Positions 59,258 to 64,000 of a stretch of 64,000 nt of DNA are shown in pieces. The stretch spans positions 1 through 64,000 of the forward strand of contig JAANOX010000227.1 of the NCBI GenBank assembly GCA_020184695.1. The letters are read 5' to 3'. The notes under the pieces were generated by a model. The model worked only from the letters and a program-made list of their open reading frames with translations. It was not told the DNA's origin and searched no databases. The stretch comes from Histomonas meleagridis 2922-C6/04-290x (taxonomy: Eukaryota > Protista > Parabasalia). Both the position numbers and the translations under genes were made by a program. Numbering within the stretch: the stretch's first letter is position 1; each line of letters starts with the position of its first letter.

Positions 59258-59781
59258 CTGTATATATATATATATAATTATTGTTTGGGTCTGGGGTTTT
59301 CTCTTATTCCAACTTTTTAATAAATGTTTCAAAAATTTAGTTGTGAATTAGCTATAGATGCATTTTAAATGTGAATGCAAAAATTGTTAAACTATTTCAT
59401 GAATAAAAAGTTTATTTTGTGTTTCAATGTAATATTTGAAATAGCTAATGAAATCTGATTATGGTCATGACCATGGAATTATTATATTACATTGGAAACA
59501 TTGAAATGTTTTCCATTTGGATATCAGCAAAACGACCTTAAATACGAAAAGCATATATTAATTTCAGATATAAAAAATAGTATGAACGTATGAACGAAAT
59601 ATATTGATATTTTTGTTGAGTGATCAATATTTATTCTTCTTCATCAAGAATAATGTTAAAATAAGAAAAAAACCTGTTAATTTATGCTAATAAAAAACAT
59701 CCAATATATGAAAGTTTCTATGTTTTATTGCAACACGGCGGTTATTTCGAATATTGTATGATTTACATGACCATAAAGCAT

Positions 59782-61996
59782 ATGTTTTTATGTGAACATA
59801 AAGAGGAAATAAATCAAAAATCTCAAGATGAATTCGAAACATATTTAAAGTTCAATAATACTATCTTTGGTTTAAACAGTGAAAATTTTGAAGAAACTGT
59901 AAATTTTATAATGAACAAATTTTGTGAAAATCACCCAATATCTTATAATTTAATTGTAAGTCAAATTATTTATACATCACTCATTATTAAAATGAAAGAT
60001 TTTGATATTTATTTACAACTGGTAAAAGAAATAGAGAAAAATGAAGAAGATAAAAACATTTCAAAAATTTCAGATGTATTTTCTCATTTTCTTCTAGTTG
60101 AAAATACACAAGAATCATATTATTTTCTTAATTACATGATTGAATATGATTTGATTGAGCCAAAATTTGTTCAAAACACAAAGAACCAATTTTTTATACA
60201 TTTTATACAGAAAGGTTCTAAAGATGAAATTAAGATTTTGCATGATGAAGAATGTAATTTTCAAGACATTGATTATGATGAACTTTCAAAGAATGATTGG
60301 GAATTACATAAGAAATTAATTAGTGAAGGACATAATCCAAATGAAATTTTAAAAGTAATTCGAAATGATGAAATAGAAAAACTTCAAGAAATATCATCAC
60401 AAAATAATTTTAATTTTAATCAAACAATTAAACCATCAATTTATGAAAGATGTTCATTTGTTAATAATTGGGTTACATTAATTGAATATGCAGCATTTTT
60501 TTCTTCAGTAAAATGTTTTAAATATTTACTTATAAATGGTGCAAATGTAGAAAATGCAGGTAAATATGCAATTGCTGGTGGAAATGAAGAAATCATTCAT
60601 TTATGTGAACAAAATCATTCTTCATTTAAAGATGCATATGAGACAGCAATTCAATTTCATAAAAATGATATTTTTTATTATCTTTATAATAAGAAAATTG
60701 AAAAAATTAATAATTTAGAAGAGTTAGGAAAACTATGCATTTTGTATTATAACTATGAAATATTTATATTATTGAAAATAAATGGTTTGAAAATTAATAA
60801 GGATATTATTAACGAAGCGGCAAAAATCGGAAATATGTTTCTTATCAAATATTTTCTTAAAGAAAACTCAATTCCAAAAGATATATTATTATTTGCAATA
60901 AATTCAAGAAACACTGAACTTGTTAAATTTATATTAGACCAAAAAGAAAATGATATCAATATAAAAGATATTTATTTATACCATTTGAAATTTATTTTAA
61001 TTTTTTAATGTTTTAAAATAATATTAGGAAAATGTCTTAAATATTTAATACAGCGCTGATTTGTGCATCAAGAGATGGTATTTCAGATATGGTTAAATTG
61101 CTTCTTGAACAGGAAGGAATTGAAGTCAATGCTAAAAATATTCTTTTTCATCATAAAATATTTATTTTAATTATTTAATATATCATATTAATATTTGGAA
61201 ATTATTTGAATGATTTTGGACAGCATTCCTTATGGCATCTTATAATTATCACACAGAAGTAGTTAAAATACTTCTTGGAAAGGAAGAAATAGATGTTAAT
61301 GACAAAGATATTTATTCGTTTTATTTATTATTTATTATAATAATTTAATATTTAAAAAAAATCTTTGGAAATTATTTAAATTATTTGACACAGCACTTAT
61401 GATTGCATCTGGTAATGGATATATAGAAATAGTTAAATTGCTTCTTGAACAAAAAGGAATTGATATTAATGCTAAAGATATTGTTTTATTTCATTTATTA
61501 TTTATTTTAATCATTTTATATCTCAAATTAATATTTGGAAACTATTTAAAATATTTTGGACACCACTTATTATTTCATGTTTCACCAATAATATAGAAAT
61601 AGCCAAATTAATTCTTGAACAGGAAGGTATTGATATTAATGCTGGGTGTATTTATTTGTTTTATTTGATGTTTCAAAATATTATTTAATAATTATTTTAA
61701 ATATTTAAAACGGCACTTATTTTAGCAATAAGCGAAGGAAATGTTGATATAGTCAAATTGCTTTTAGAACAAAAAGGAATTGATGTTAATGCTAAAAATA
61801 TTTTTTTGTTTTATTTAAAATTTATTTTAATGATTTTATATTTCAAAATAATATTTGGAAATTATTAAAATTATTTTATACAGCACTTATGTGTGCATCT
61901 GAAAAAGGTTTTACCGATATAGTAAGATTACTTCAGGAAAATCTTAACAAAACACAGGAAAACAGAAAAAAATATATAAATAGTTCAAATTGTTAA
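59782..61996 (+). CDS. DUF3447-type ankyrin-repeat protein interrupted by 6 clusters (23 copies) of 17-nt spacers
   Basis: N-term paralogous to the 27948 gene. After spacer removal: INIKDENGNTALICASRDG...NAKNNNGWTAF...NDKDINGDTAL...NAKDIYGWTPL...NAGCDNKTAL...NAKNKYGYTALMCASEKG...NSSNC*. Exact start ATG uncertain. Confidence 0.85.
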
Positions 61997-62008
61997 ATTC
62001 CTAATTGG

Positions 62009-62013
<5 letters not shown>

Positions 62014-62070
<57 letters not shown>
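62014..62070. repeat. (TG)n microsatellite
   Basis: About 28 perfect TG units. Confidence 0.98.
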
Positions 62071-62074
<4 letters not shown>

Positions 62075-62245
62075 ATGCAAAACAAACAGTTTTAGTTAAA
62101 AAAACTATAGAAGTCATTGTGTTATTGATCAAAAATAAAAAAGTAAAGATTTTTGATATCGAGAAATTGAACGTTGAATTGTTCTTTATTCTATACTTTA
62201 TAAAATTCCCGATCAAAACGCATTGAATTTTATTTCAATGGGTTA

Positions 62246-64000
62246 ATGCGTTCCTCAGATTTATCCCCTCTTCAAACATTATCAGAAAATACAGATAGCT
62301 TTATTTATTCGGGATGCTCTTATTCATATTCGTCTGAGCAAGAAGAAGAGGAATTTACTTTTGAGCGATTATCACAAGATTTAGATTTATCTTTTTTAGA
62401 TAAAGTAAAACAGAACCAACCACTATTTACAGACTATGATTTTAACATTGATATATCAAGAAAAAGAAAATATGGCTCACATAATTCAAGTAATAATAGA
62501 CCTGTTCAATGTATTATTACAATAGTTCAACATGCTCTTAATTTTCCTCATGTGAAATCCGAGTATTTCAAAGACAAACCTATTATTTACGCATTTAAGA
62601 ACACGCAAACCATGGATCAAATCGAATTTTCCAATAATGTCAATGAATTTTATAAAAATGAATATCAAAAAGTTTGTCCACAACTTAAGCTTTATCAATA
62701 TGTATCACCCAATAATACGAAGCTTGATTTTTTTGGAGATCTTCGACGAAACATGCCTTTTGGACGGATATCATTTCATTATGTAGGCTATGGTGCCGAT
62801 GACATCCATGGGGATAATCTACCGATTAATGAAAATGAGACTTATAGTTTGTCAACCATCTTTTCCAAAATTGTATGTCCTTCATGTTATGTCTTTGATT
62901 GTAACAATGCTGGTTCTGTCATTCCCATCTTTGAAAAGCAAATGAAAGCGAATCATTCTCGACTTACAAATTTATTATCACAATATGATCTTAAACCTCC
63001 AGACCTTGGAGATTGGACAGTGTTTTGTCTCACCTCTGAGGGAGAGAAATTGCCCATTATCCCATATTTACCACGAGATTTTCTTTCTTCATGTATTTTC
63101 CGGCCGATAGAAACCTCCGTCATTTGCCACCTCTATCATTATTACAAAGGGGACATTCCAAAGAATTTTTTAGAGACCTTTAAAATCGATTCCAAAGAAA
63201 AACATACTGTTTCCATCTTATTAAACACTATTATTGATTCCATAGCATCGGATTATTTAAGTCCAGAATTGTTTACTGAATTTTTCCAAAAGGATAAAAT
63301 CATAACAATTTATACACGTGCATTTGTTTTAAGTGAATTTTTATTGTCGCCATTTAATATTCATCCAATTTCTCGACCAGTTTTACCAACCATGAAAAGT
63401 AATCCATTATGGAACTATTGGAAATCAATGATTAATACATTTATAATGCGAAGGTCTAAATCGAAATATATGTTTCGAGATTCATTATTAAAGAATGCTA
63501 TATCATCCTTTAATATATATGAAAACACTAATTCATTATTATCAATTATTACACATATACCATATAATGAAACTAAAGAATATGATGAATCATTAATATT
63601 ATTAACAAAATTTGCTAAAAATGATAACAAAAATCAAATTTTAATGTTTTCACCAATATTTCCAATATTATTTGAACGAATGATTAATGATATTGGAAAC
63701 ACTAAAATCTTTAAATCATTATGTTATTTAATATTAATTTTTATTGAAGATAATCCAAGTTTAATATTTTCATTAAACAAAGATATTAATTTTACTGAAT
63801 TATTTAATATAATTTTAAATGATAATATTAAGCCATCAATTAAAATATATGTAACAGCATTATTTTGTTCATTAATACCTTATATAACTAATACACATTT
63901 ATGGAATCTTTCATCATATATTGAGAAACAAAAATTTGCGTTAAAAGAATTAAACAATGAATTATTATTATGGAATTTATTATTATTTAAACGAATACTT
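62246..64000 (+). CDS. RPTOR: Raptor/KOG1-like protein, N-terminal part, runs off the window
   Basis: Manual translation: RISFHYVGYGA, PSCYVFDCNNAG, EGEKLPIIPYLPRDFLSSC, NTIIDSIA, NPLWNYW (Raptor N-terminal conserved domain). Confidence 0.8.
   Translation, partial: MRSSDLSPLQTLSENTDSFIYSGCSYSYSSEQEEEEFTFERLSQDLDLSFLDKVKQNQPLFTDYDFNIDISRKRKYGSHNSSNNRPVQCIITIVQHALNFPHVKSEYFKDKPIIYAFKNTQTMDQIEFSNNVNEFYKNEYQKVCPQLKLYQYVSPNNTKLDFFGDLRRNMPFGRISFHYVGYGADDIHGDNLPINENETYSLSTIFSKIVCPSCYVFDCNNAGSVIPIFEKQMKANHSRLTNLLSQYDLKPPDLGDWTVFCLTSEGEKLPIIPYLPRDFLSSCIFRPIETSVICHLYHYYKGDIPKNFLETFKIDSKEKHTVSILLNTIIDSIASDYLSPELFTEFFQKDKIITIYTRAFVLSEFLLSPFNIHPISRPVLPTMKSNPLWNYWKSMINTFIMRRSKSKYMFRDSLLKNAISSFNIYENTNSLLSIITHIPYNETKEYDESLILLTKFAKNDNKNQILMFSPIFPILFERMINDIGNTKIFKSLCYLILIFIEDNPSLIFSLNKDINFTELFNIILNDNIKPSIKIYVTALFCSLIPYITNTHLWNLSSYIEKQKFALKELNNELLLWNLLLFKRIL

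Noticed and set aside
60976-61043. Single 68-nt insert per repeat leaving D-I-x-F-x-T-A-L
   Set aside because: It restores the frame but puts Phe at the conserved Gly position every time and does not explain the 20-nt periodicity or the internal GGA; the four-spacer parse explains both.
61047-61053. ACAG in the T-A codons as a spliceosomal acceptor
   Set aside because: Absent in the ACA-CCA and ACG-GCA repeats, would delete conserved ankyrin residues, and there is no consistent GT donor.

Overview
AT-rich eukaryotic DNA, most likely a parabasalid (trichomonad such as Tritrichomonas or Histomonas; inferred from the IBP39-type Inr-binding domain, trichomonad-like H3 tail, Inr/M5 promoter motifs, BspA surface proteins and DUF3447-type ankyrin genes). 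It holds compact housekeeping genes (prefoldin 6, NAC-beta, DOCK, TTC21B/IFT139, RasGAP, SLX4-like, MFS sugar transporter, HDAC, RPL17, H4/H3, EF-1beta, CYFIP, Ras, Raptor), surface-protein families, two bacterial-type enzymes (Zn-dependent phospholipase C, beta-helix glycoside hydrolase-like) and a mariner inserted in an hsp70 remnant. Main finding: in two ankyrin genes (- strand 27948-24009; + strand ~59782-61996) the loops between the C-terminal ankyrin repeats are encoded as single codons separated by 17-nt AT-rich spacers, mostly AT...TTT and none GT...AG. I counted 91 spacers in 19 clusters by hand. Removing them restores open frames and canonical D-x-x-G-x-T-A-L motifs (KDENGNTAL, KDINGDTAL, KDIYGWTPL, KNKYGYTAL, KDGEYGETALH). 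This suggests a non-canonical 17-nt intron / 3-nt microexon (or recoding) system that I do not know to be described. The removal step itself cannot be seen in DNA.
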